Assembly (NCBI GenBank): GCA_964589485.1
Contig: CAZPRK010000001.1
Span: forward strand, 127,272-159,271
DNA: 32,000 bases
DNA from: an uncultured Methanosarcinales archaeon
GTDB taxonomy: Archaea; Nanobdellota; Nanobdellia; Woesearchaeales; CAYSVS01
Reading direction: 5' to 3'
Under the pieces are notes generated by a model. The model made no database searches. It saw only the letters and a list, made by a program, of their open reading frames with translations, and was not told where the DNA came from. A program made the translations under genes and the position numbers. Position 1 is the stretch's first letter. Each line of letters begins with the position of its first letter. Below, one piece after another: positions 16,885 through 24,568 of the stretch.

Positions 16885-19401
16885 TTAGTTAACTCTTGTA
16901 CACTCTTGATTATTATTTGTACACTTCATAGTCCATTGACTAACCATATTATATTCTCTTGCTTTGCCAATTTTAGTTAAATAATTAGATAATTTATGAG
17001 GTACTTTTAGGCTTCGAGAATCTGTTTTTTTATATTTTTGTTTTATAAATTCAGGTACATATTTAGAATCTATAAATTTTTGTACTAATTGTTTACCTGT
17101 TTTGATGATTGTTACTTTTGGACCAGTTTCAAAATCATATGGGTCTTTTACAAAGAAAGTTATTTCAACACTACCATCATCTTTTTTTTGGTATTGACTA
17201 CTTAATCCAAACTTATGATTGGTATAGTACAAGTCTTTATCTTGATTCAATGAAGGAGTAATTATACCATTTCTAACTTGACCATAATTGTAATCGTAAT
17301 TACCTGTGTTTAAAGCTGCTTCTTGAGAAGTAATTCTTCCTTGTTCTTGAGATTCTGATTTTTGTATTGCTTTTTTTGTCATTTGATCAATTACTTTTTT
17401 AGTTACACTTGATTCCAAATAAATATTAGGATCTATTTCTAAATCAGAACCATCTGCAGATAAATAATGATATAGTGATTTTGCTGCATTATTTCCCATA
17501 ACAACTCCACCACCTGCAACCATGCTATAATATAATCCATCTATAAAATTAATATCAGAAGCTGCTAATTCTTGATTTTTTTCAATTTTATTAGTGATTT
17601 CTTTTATTTTAGTTTGCATATTTTTAATTTTTACAGGATTACCAACTGAAAGATCATATCCAACGTTTGCCATATTTTGGATTTTCTTTATTGAAAATAC
17701 ATTGCTACCTTTTGGTGGTTTGAATTCTTCAAATTCACCATTTTTTGTAATTCTCCCTAATTCCATTCCATTTTTATCTCTTAATATAATTTCTGTTTTT
17801 GTTTTAAATGCGAGATCTGAATTTTTTTTTAAACTTTTAAATATTTTAGAGTTAATACTTTCATAGTTGGTATTACCTATACTTAGCGAATTTTTACCTT
17901 GTAAATCTATTTCAACTTTACCATCTATTTGAAAATCAACTTCTCCTGGTTTTGTAGTTATAAACATTCTACCTGTATTCGGTGATAATGTGATTGAACT
18001 TAATTTGCCATAATTTGAATATTGTTTAAATGATGCTCTTCCAAATTTACCATCTGCTGAACATCCTGACTTTGTTCTGATACCTGTGCAAACGCCTTTT
18101 TTTGAATATATTGAGTTTTGCCAATTACGTAGTGCGCGGTCTGTATTAGGTCCAAATCTCCCATCGATTTGTTTAGATTTGTCACCCTTAAGAAAACCAA
18201 AGTCATAAAGCATAGTTTGTATTTTTTTAACAGAATCTCCTTTATCCCCTTTTTGAAAATATTTATTATTTCTTGATTTCGAAAAATCTACATTAGCATA
18301 ACTATTTTTATTATTAATTGGTTTTAAACCGGCAATAGATTGTAAATATGTTTCATAAACTTTTATTTTGTATGCATTTGAGTTACCTTGGATATCTAAA
18401 GAATTAGGAGTAATTATTATTTTATTTTGCTTTCCAATTTCTTTTTTTTCAAAAAATTTAAACATATTGGATTTAGCACTTTCTAAAATACTAGTATCAA
18501 TTGAATCATCAAATTCAATATTTACATCTTTTTTTTGTGCAAAAATATCTAATTCTGCACCATTATTGTGAGTTATTTTTAGTTTAGTTCCCCTTAAAAC
18601 ATTTAGTTTTTTCCCAAGGAAGTGCATTTTTTCTTTATCTATTATAATTTTTCCTTGAATATAAATTTCTTTATTTATGGCAATAATCTCTGCGTCATTT
18701 ATAGTCATTAGATTTTGTTGAGTATCATATTTGAAGTTAGAAATTGACGGAAATTTAACTCCATTAATTGATTTTGCTTTTCCTTCTATTTTTCCATTCT
18801 GATTAAATTTAATACCATAACCCAATTTCACAGGAACTCCATCTAAATTACCAGATATTATCCTTATATTTCCTGTTGAATCTTTAACAATTTCCCCACT
18901 GAATGAATGTTCATTTTTTCCTTTATCAATTATTAGAATATTTCCATCTGAATTTACTATGAAATTATATTTTTCTTTGAAGTCTTGAATATTTATTTTT
19001 CCATTCTTGGCCGTGATTAAACCATCACTATTTATTTCTTCTATATTTCCAACTAGTTCTATAGTTATACCTAATTTTTTTGAATATCTTTCAAAATCTG
19101 TTTTTCCTACATTAATATTATTCACTTCGGAAAAAAATTCTTTTGCAATTTTTAAGTCTTTATCACTAAAGTCAGAATTTATTATATATTGTTTTTTCTG
19201 ATCTACATTGAGTTTATTAAAATCTTCAATAGTAGGTTCCTCTAAATTAGATAGATCTTCCCAAGAAGGATTTTCAATTGTTTCAAAAGCGCTTCTACAT
19301 TCACTTTGTGAACTACATTCTGCAAGAACATTTGAAGATAAAGTAAATAAAATAATTAGGTATATGTAATATTTATTCTTCATTAATTTCACCTGAAACA
19401 T
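16885..19401 (-). CDS. Large secreted protein (838 aa) with a PG_binding_1-like peptidoglycan-binding module and an unassigned C-terminal domain
   Basis: Signal peptide (MFQVKL)MKNKYYIYLIILFTLSSNVLA|ECSS; an alternative ATG lies at 19383. Residues 382-428, FQKGDKGDSVKKIQTMLYDFGFLKGDKSKQIDGRFGPNTDRALRNWQ, match the G-x-x-G-x-x-V-x-x-(L/I)Q-x-x-L ... DG-x-FG-x-x-T-x-x-A(L/V)-x-x-(F/W)Q signature of bacterial PG-binding domains. The flanking regions are beta-rich and Gly/Asn/Lys-rich. Confidence 0.8.
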   Translation of the reverse strand: MFQVKLMKNKYYIYLIILFTLSSNVLAECSSQSECRSAFETIENPSWEDLSNLEEPTIEDFNKLNVDQKKQYIINSDFSDKDLKIAKEFFSEVNNINVGKTDFERYSKKLGITIELVGNIEEINSDGLITAKNGKINIQDFKEKYNFIVNSDGNILIIDKGKNEHSFSGEIVKDSTGNIRIISGNLDGVPVKLGYGIKFNQNGKIEGKAKSINGVKFPSISNFKYDTQQNLMTINDAEIIAINKEIYIQGKIIIDKEKMHFLGKKLNVLRGTKLKITHNNGAELDIFAQKKDVNIEFDDSIDTSILESAKSNMFKFFEKKEIGKQNKIIITPNSLDIQGNSNAYKIKVYETYLQSIAGLKPINNKNSYANVDFSKSRNNKYFQKGDKGDSVKKIQTMLYDFGFLKGDKSKQIDGRFGPNTDRALRNWQNSIYSKKGVCTGIRTKSGCSADGKFGRASFKQYSNYGKLSSITLSPNTGRMFITTKPGEVDFQIDGKVEIDLQGKNSLSIGNTNYESINSKIFKSLKKNSDLAFKTKTEIILRDKNGMELGRITKNGEFEEFKPPKGSNVFSIKKIQNMANVGYDLSVGNPVKIKNMQTKIKEITNKIEKNQELAASDINFIDGLYYSMVAGGGVVMGNNAAKSLYHYLSADGSDLEIDPNIYLESSVTKKVIDQMTKKAIQKSESQEQGRITSQEAALNTGNYDYNYGQVRNGIITPSLNQDKDLYYTNHKFGLSSQYQKKDDGSVEITFFVKDPYDFETGPKVTIIKTGKQLVQKFIDSKYVPEFIKQKYKKTDSRSLKVPHKLSNYLTKIGKAREYNMVSQWTMKCTNNNQECTRVN

Positions 19402-20386
19402 TCATAGTTAAAAATACATTTTTAATCATACTTGAATTATCTTTAACATCTACTTTTATTATATGTTCTCCTAGTTCTTCAATTGTAGGAACAAACGTTA
19501 TTAATCCTGTTTTGTTATTAATTTCGAATAAATCAGTATCATCGTAGAACATTGGGCTTTGTGCATCAGTTTCTATTTTGTACTGAAACTTTCGGCCAAT
19601 ATGCGCAAATAATTTATTTGGTTGGTTTATATTAAATTCTAATTGTGAATTTATAGTAATTATGTGGGCAAAAGTAAATTTTAGATCTTTTGATGTAAGA
19701 GTATAAATTATTAAATTATTTAAGCCCGAATCTATTAATTCAACATCAATATCTATCTCTTTACTTCTTTGGTTATTGTAAAAACAACTAATACATATGT
19801 CTTCTGATTTAGTTTGTTGTTCGGTAATATTAATAGATAGCAAATACATGTCGTAGTACAATGTATTTAATTTCCCACTAAATTGTTCCATGATTGTTTG
19901 CGAATTAGAATGGTTTATTTTAATAGGTAAAAATAAATCATATTTTAATTCATCTGTTGTCATAAAAACATCTAAGTTTAATTTTTTATAATTAGCATCT
20001 AAATCAAATTTTTTTAATGGATTATTTTCAATACATGTAGGAACTATCGATTTAAAACCATTTTCAATTTCAAATTCTAGTTGTTTTTTATTTGGAATTA
20101 ATTGATTTTTGTTTGTTAGATAATTTCGAATCTTATTTTCTATTAGAAATTCATTACTGCTTGAAGAAGTGTTAATATTAAAAAATCCACCTTGTAATGC
20201 ATTATATTTTAATACATCTTCGAATCTATCATTAAAGCAAAGTTGAAGATATTGATTTAATGAATTAAGGCCTGTTTCTGAATTATCGCTGAAATCTTTG
20301 GAATTATTTTGAAGAAATATAAATAGCAAGATTATCAAAAAAATACCTAAAACTAGAAATAAAGTCAATTGCCCTTTTTTTTGCAT
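19373..20386 (-). CDS. Exported or anchored protein (337 aa) with a class III (type IV pilin-like) signal candidate and a C-terminal cadherin/Ig-like domain
   Basis: The N-terminus MQKKGQLTLFLVLGIFLIILLFIFL has a KG|Q motif followed by a hydrophobic helix. The C-terminus FQYKIETDAQSPMFYDDTDLFEINNKTGLITFVPTIEELGEHIIKVDVKDNS fits the cadherin-like (dystroglycan/He_PIG-type) pattern. Its 3' end overlaps the start of the 838-aa gene by 11-29 nt. Confidence 0.7.
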   Translation of the reverse strand: MQKKGQLTLFLVLGIFLIILLFIFLQNNSKDFSDNSETGLNSLNQYLQLCFNDRFEDVLKYNALQGGFFNINTSSSSNEFLIENKIRNYLTNKNQLIPNKKQLEFEIENGFKSIVPTCIENNPLKKFDLDANYKKLNLDVFMTTDELKYDLFLPIKINHSNSQTIMEQFSGKLNTLYYDMYLLSINITEQQTKSEDICISCFYNNQRSKEIDIDVELIDSGLNNLIIYTLTSKDLKFTFAHIITINSQLEFNINQPNKLFAHIGRKFQYKIETDAQSPMFYDDTDLFEINNKTGLITFVPTIEELGEHIIKVDVKDNSSMIKNVFLTMNVSGEINEE

Positions 20387-20417
20387 TATATAATTAATAA
20401 ATTAACTATATATAAAA

Positions 20418-21380
20418 TTATTCTTTACTTAAAGCTAAATCTGCTATCTCTTTTACTACATTATATGGAAGTGCAAAACCAAGTCCTTCTGATTTATCTA
20501 TTTTTAAAGTATTTATTCCTACAATACGCTTTCCCGAATTAACTAAAGGTCCTCCTGAATTTCCTGGGTTTATGCTAACATCTGTTTGAATATATTTAAC
20601 ATCAGTATTATCTATTTGTCTATTAGTGGCACTAATTATTCCTTCAGTGACACTAAAACTTAATCCCAAAGGATTTCCAACTGCAATAACTCTTTGGCCA
20701 ACATTTACATTATCTGCAAATTTTAAATATGAAAAACTTTTATTAGAAATTATTTTTAATACTGCTAAATCTAAAGTATTTGCAACTCCAAGTATTTGTA
20801 CGTTATAAACTTCCCCATTATAATCAACAACTCTAATTGCAGAAGCTCCTTCAATTACGTGCTTATTGGTCATAATATAACCATCTGCAAAAAATACACC
20901 ACTTCCTTGGCCATTATTAGTTTGAACATTTACTACAGCTTTAACAACATCTTCAACTATTGCAGAAAAATCACTACTTTCAACATCTATTTCTGAAATT
21001 TTACCTTCAAGATTTCCAACTTGTGAGGTAATATCTTCTAAACCTTGTTCAGTAGAACTTTTAACGGTTTCCAAATCTGATTTAACATTTCCTACTTGAC
21101 TTTCAAGGTTAAGTTTTAATTTAGTAGTTTCTGTATTAAAATAATCTTGTAATTTTGCAAAATTATTAATTGTTTCAGTCTTTAAAATTTCTCTTTCGTT
21201 TTTACTATACTCATTTGTATTTTTGATTTGGTTTGTTAATAAATTATGAGATTTAACAAGATTTTCACTTAAATCTAAATTTTGTTTTTCGAATTTTTCA
21301 TTTAGTGTAAAATAAACTAAAGTATTGCTTAATATAACTAATATAATTGTTATAATTATTAATTTTTCATTTTTTTTCAT
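20418..21380 (-). CDS. Membrane-anchored trypsin-like serine protease (S1C/HtrA-type catalytic domain, no PDZ)
   Basis: N-terminal TM segment LIIITIILVILSNTLVYFTL, followed by about 110 aa of coiled-coil-like spacer. The catalytic triad contexts are TNKHV (His), DLAVLKI (Asp) and GNSGGPL (Ser). The protein ends right after the protease fold. Confidence 0.85.
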   Translation of the reverse strand: MKKNEKLIIITIILVILSNTLVYFTLNEKFEKQNLDLSENLVKSHNLLTNQIKNTNEYSKNEREILKTETINNFAKLQDYFNTETTKLKLNLESQVGNVKSDLETVKSSTEQGLEDITSQVGNLEGKISEIDVESSDFSAIVEDVVKAVVNVQTNNGQGSGVFFADGYIMTNKHVIEGASAIRVVDYNGEVYNVQILGVANTLDLAVLKIISNKSFSYLKFADNVNVGQRVIAVGNPLGLSFSVTEGIISATNRQIDNTDVKYIQTDVSINPGNSGGPLVNSGKRIVGINTLKIDKSEGLGFALPYNVVKEIADLALSKE

Positions 21381-21456
21381 ACTATTTGGTTACTTGTTTT
21401 TTTAGTTTAAAAGGTTTTTGCTAATATTTATATAAGAAGATATTTTATTACTTCTG

Positions 21457-22134
21457 ATGATTAAAATATTAGGTACAAGTCATGTTGCAAAGCAATCTTT
21501 GAAAGAAATAGAAAAGTACATTGAAGATAATCAACCTGATATTGTTGCTGTAGAGTTAGATAGAAACAGGTTAACAGCTTTACTTCATAATCAAAAGAAA
21601 CAACATTTATCGATAAAGGAAATACGTAATATTGGTTTTACTGGATTTATTTTCGCAAGTATTGGTTCTTATGTTCAAAATAAAATAGGAAAATTAGTTG
21701 AAGTTAATCCTGGTGAAGATATGTTAACTGCAGTTAAATTAGCTAAACAACATAACCTAAAAATTGCTTTAATAGATCAAAATATAAAAGTTACTTTACA
21801 AAAAATAAGTAAATCTTTCAAGTTTACTGATTTATTTAAATTATTTGTAGATGGTTTTAATGGTTTATTTTTTAAAGAAAGAGAATTAAAAAAATATGGA
21901 TTAAATGAAATAGATTTTAATAAAGTCCCTTCTAAAAAAGTAATTAAAAAAGTAATTAATGGGTTAAGTATACGTTACCCTAACCTTTACAAAGTTTTAG
22001 TACATGAACGAAATATATATATGGTTAGAAATTTAGTGAATATACAAAAACATCATCCTGATTCTAATATTTTAGCAGTTGTTGGCGCAGGTCATGAAGA
22101 CGGTATGTTAAAAATTCTAGAAACCTTTAAATAA
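21457..22134 (+). CDS. TraB/PrgY/Tiki-superfamily protein (225 aa, soluble domain only)
   Basis: Contains the TraB-family motifs ILGTSHVAKQS, PDIVAVELDRNR, GEDM and VVGAGHEDG. The C-terminal TM region of bacterial TraB/PrgY is absent. Confidence 0.8.
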   Translation: MIKILGTSHVAKQSLKEIEKYIEDNQPDIVAVELDRNRLTALLHNQKKQHLSIKEIRNIGFTGFIFASIGSYVQNKIGKLVEVNPGEDMLTAVKLAKQHNLKIALIDQNIKVTLQKISKSFKFTDLFKLFVDGFNGLFFKERELKKYGLNEIDFNKVPSKKVIKKVINGLSIRYPNLYKVLVHERNIYMVRNLVNIQKHHPDSNILAVVGAGHEDGMLKILETFK

Positions 22135-22157
22135 TCGTTTTATATAAAATAAATTTA

Positions 22158-22907
22158 ATGTTTGAAATAAAAGAAAGAATTAGAAAATATTTTGCATTTA
22201 GTAAAGATGAAATAAAAAGTTTAACTATAGTAATTCTTTTATTAGGATTCATTGTTGGATTTGATGATGGAAGGGTATCAAATTCAATTGATATCTTTTA
22301 TGCATTTAATATGTTAAATTCCTTAATCATTGTAACTTTGGCTGTTTTAGTACACATTTCCGCACAAAGAATTGTTGGATTGCAAGCAGGTTTCAAATGT
22401 ATTTTTAAAGTTTGGTGGTATGGTATTGCTTTTAGTTTAATTCTAACTTTTATGACTGGGGGAAATTTTTGGGTTTTTTTACCTGGCGGAATAATGGTTT
22501 TAATGCTTGAAAGACAAAGATTAGGTAAGTTTAGATATGGTTTAAACTATTGGGCAATAGGATTAACAAGTTTTGCCGGGCCTTTAGCAAATATTTTATT
22601 AGCACTTTTCTTGAAAGTTTTATCTAATATTACTTTTATTGCTTCAAATGCGTTATTGGAGAAAGCTATTTTAGTTAATGTTATTTTCGCATTATATACT
22701 TACTTACCTATTCCTCCTTTGGATGGATTTGCTTTATTTTATGCTTCACGGTTAACTTATGTATTTTCTTACGGAGCATTAATTGGAGCATCAATACTAT
22801 TGTTATTTAAATTAAGTTTATTATTAACAATAATTGGAGCATTGTTAGTAGCAACAGCTATATGGGGAACTTATTATTATAAATTTGAGAGTGATGCACA
22901 TGGTTAA
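22158..22907 (+). CDS. Site-2-protease (M50, COG1994-like) homologue with a degenerate active site
   Basis: The layout FS-x-x-E(I)...(TM)...VLVH-ISAQ-RIVGLQAGF...AGPLANILLA...YLPIPPLDGF follows small M50 proteases. However, the HExxH position reads H-I-S-A-Q (22353-22367). The LDG Asp ligand motif is retained. Confidence 0.7.
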   Translation: MFEIKERIRKYFAFSKDEIKSLTIVILLLGFIVGFDDGRVSNSIDIFYAFNMLNSLIIVTLAVLVHISAQRIVGLQAGFKCIFKVWWYGIAFSLILTFMTGGNFWVFLPGGIMVLMLERQRLGKFRYGLNYWAIGLTSFAGPLANILLALFLKVLSNITFIASNALLEKAILVNVIFALYTYLPIPPLDGFALFYASRLTYVFSYGALIGASILLLFKLSLLLTIIGALLVATAIWGTYYYKFESDAHG

Positions 22908-23235
22908 CAAAAAAGGGTTTTCATATTTAAATTTCTGGGTAGAAGCTTATGCTATTTTGGGATTTGTAATTGGGTTTATTTTCGCAATAACTATGAGGAA
23001 TGTTTATGTGCTATATGCAATTACTTTTCTTTGTGGATTTATTTTAGCTAGAATATTATTTTTAATGAAGACTGAACCTACTTTTCCATTCTATCTTATG
23101 ATGTTTACAACCTTTATTGGTTTTGTTTTGGGAGGATGGATATCGAAAAATACATTTAGCTTGAAAATAATGACATTAGTGTTTTTAGGATCAATTTATA
23201 TTGGCTATAAATTACATTCTAAGGGATATTTGTGA
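22885..23235 (+). CDS. Small integral membrane protein (about 111-116 aa, about 4 TM helices)
   Basis: The track ORF starts at a TTG (22885). In-frame ATGs at 22894 and 22900 overlap the upstream stop (ATGGTTAA). The protein is highly hydrophobic. Its stop overlaps the GTG start of the next gene (GTGA). Confidence 0.55.
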   Translation: MRVMHMVNKKGFSYLNFWVEAYAILGFVIGFIFAITMRNVYVLYAITFLCGFILARILFLMKTEPTFPFYLMMFTTFIGFVLGGWISKNTFSLKIMTLVFLGSIYIGYKLHSKGYL

Positions 23236-23795
23236 TTATTAAAATTACAGACGGAGTTTGGAAAGTTCTTGCAGATAGTAATGTATATTACATTGAAGAC
23301 CTTGATTTAGTGATAGATACTGGTAGAAGAGAAAATAAACACTTACTTGAAACTTTTCTTAGTAAAGTAATTCCTTTAGATCAAGTAAAGAAAGTTATTT
23401 TTACTCACTTACATTACGATCATATCAGTAATTTTGATTTATTTCCTAATGCTAAATTTTATGCTTCAAAAGAATCAATTAGATTTGTTGATGAAAATAA
23501 ATTTGGTGCAATACTTAATGAAGAAACTTGTGATAGATTTAATATTGATTTGAACGATATAGAAGAAATTAACTTTTTTGAAAAATATGAATTACTTTAT
23601 ACTCCTGGACATACTAGTGGAGCAATTTGTATTTATGATAAAGAAAACCAAATTCTTTATTTAGGAGATACTTTATTGAATACTAATCATGGAAGAACAG
23701 ATTTACCTAGTGGAAATGAAGAACAAATGAAAAAAACATTACTCAATTTAAGTAAATTAAATGTTAAAATTCTTTGTGCCGGTCATGAATATTAA
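23232..23795 (+). CDS. MBL-fold metallo-hydrolase (187 aa)
   Basis: Contains THLHYDH (HxHxDH), TPGHTSG, GDTL and a C-terminal AGHEY, which are all five metallo-beta-lactamase-fold motifs in order. A GTG start overlaps the upstream stop. Confidence 0.8.
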   Translation: MIIKITDGVWKVLADSNVYYIEDLDLVIDTGRRENKHLLETFLSKVIPLDQVKKVIFTHLHYDHISNFDLFPNAKFYASKESIRFVDENKFGAILNEETCDRFNIDLNDIEEINFFEKYELLYTPGHTSGAICIYDKENQILYLGDTLLNTNHGRTDLPSGNEEQMKKTLLNLSKLNVKILCAGHEY

Positions 23796-24472
23796 TCACA
23801 TTCAACAAATTCTATTTTTTTAGGGTCAACATCAAGAATTTTTTTTATTTTACTTTCTTCTTGAGAAGTAAATAAAGAATACAATTTACTGGAGAATATA
23901 GAATGTTTAATTCCTATAATAGTAAGTTCTTTATTAGATAAAACTGACCATTCTTTAACTTTTTTGAAACTTCTATCTTGTAACAATTTTATAACTTCTA
24001 ACAATTTAGATTTATCTAATTTTTTTATTTTATTATAAAATGAATCTTTTCCATTTTTATTATATCTAAATTTTTTATGTATTTTAGATTCTCTGCTAGT
24101 AATATAGTTAAGAATAGTTTCTTTTTTAATTTTGGTTCTATTTAAATTTTCAGGCTTAAATGCTATTTTTAATCCTTTATATAAATATTCAAGAGCTATG
24201 TCTATTTCTTTTTCTCTATCTTTTGAACTTTTTATTCTTTCTATTGAATTTTTTGCGTGGTTTAGTGTTACAATATTATCTCCTACTTCATTAATAACTT
24301 TATTAAAGCATTTAATGTATTTTTCAACAAAAGCTTCTACTTCAACTTGATGTTTTGGGCCATTTTCAAAAACACTTAACATTAACTTTAATTTTTTTAT
24401 CATTATTTTATCAGATATAAATGAAAATTCATTAGAATCCAAGTATTCATTAAATTGTTTTAAATCGTACAT
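23792..24472 (-). CDS. Hypothetical protein (226 aa, K/E-rich, predicted soluble)
   Basis: Clean ORF with an ATG start and no motif I recognise. Its stop overlaps the stop of the convergent MBL gene (TTAA). Confidence 0.55.
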   Translation of the reverse strand: MYDLKQFNEYLDSNEFSFISDKIMIKKLKLMLSVFENGPKHQVEVEAFVEKYIKCFNKVINEVGDNIVTLNHAKNSIERIKSSKDREKEIDIALEYLYKGLKIAFKPENLNRTKIKKETILNYITSRESKIHKKFRYNKNGKDSFYNKIKKLDKSKLLEVIKLLQDRSFKKVKEWSVLSNKELTIIGIKHSIFSSKLYSLFTSQEESKIKKILDVDPKKIEFVECD

Positions 24473-24507
24473 GTATTTAGAATAATCTAATCATTTAAAT
24501 AATCATC

Positions 24508-24530
24508 CACTGGACACACTGGACAAGTCC
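24508..24530. promoter_or_regulatory. GC-rich tandem 9-mer CACTGGACA CACTGGACA, running into the palindrome GGACAAGTCC, in the divergent hef / 226-aa intergenic region
   Basis: Read directly: repeat copies at 24508-24516 and 24517-24525, palindrome at 24521-24530. It sits immediately upstream of the candidate hef BRE/TATA AAGCCTTATAAAG (24535-24547). That TATA lies about 25 nt before ATG 24569, which implies a leaderless mRNA. Confidence 0.35.
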
Positions 24531-24568
24531 GCGTAAGCCTTATAAAGATATAACTGATATTTTAATTG

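Noticed and set aside
17594-19201. ORFs 17594-17866, 18000-18206, 18368-18571 and 19007-19201, overlapping the 838-aa gene
   Set aside because: All are embedded in, or out of frame with, the long continuous 838-aa ORF. Their products are low-complexity F/L/I/S-rich strings. The long frame has a signal peptide and a recognisable domain.
16885-20386. Diversity-generating retroelement (DGR) target, considered because DPANN surface proteins are known DGR targets
   Set aside because: The window has no reverse transcriptase gene. By eye I found no template/variable repeat pair with adenine-specific mismatches. This cannot be excluded without a repeat search of the whole contig.
20626-20996. Plus-strand ORFs 20626-20808 and 20796-20996 inside the protease gene
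   Set aside because: They are antisense to a frame carrying a complete Ser-protease triad, so they are shadow ORFs.
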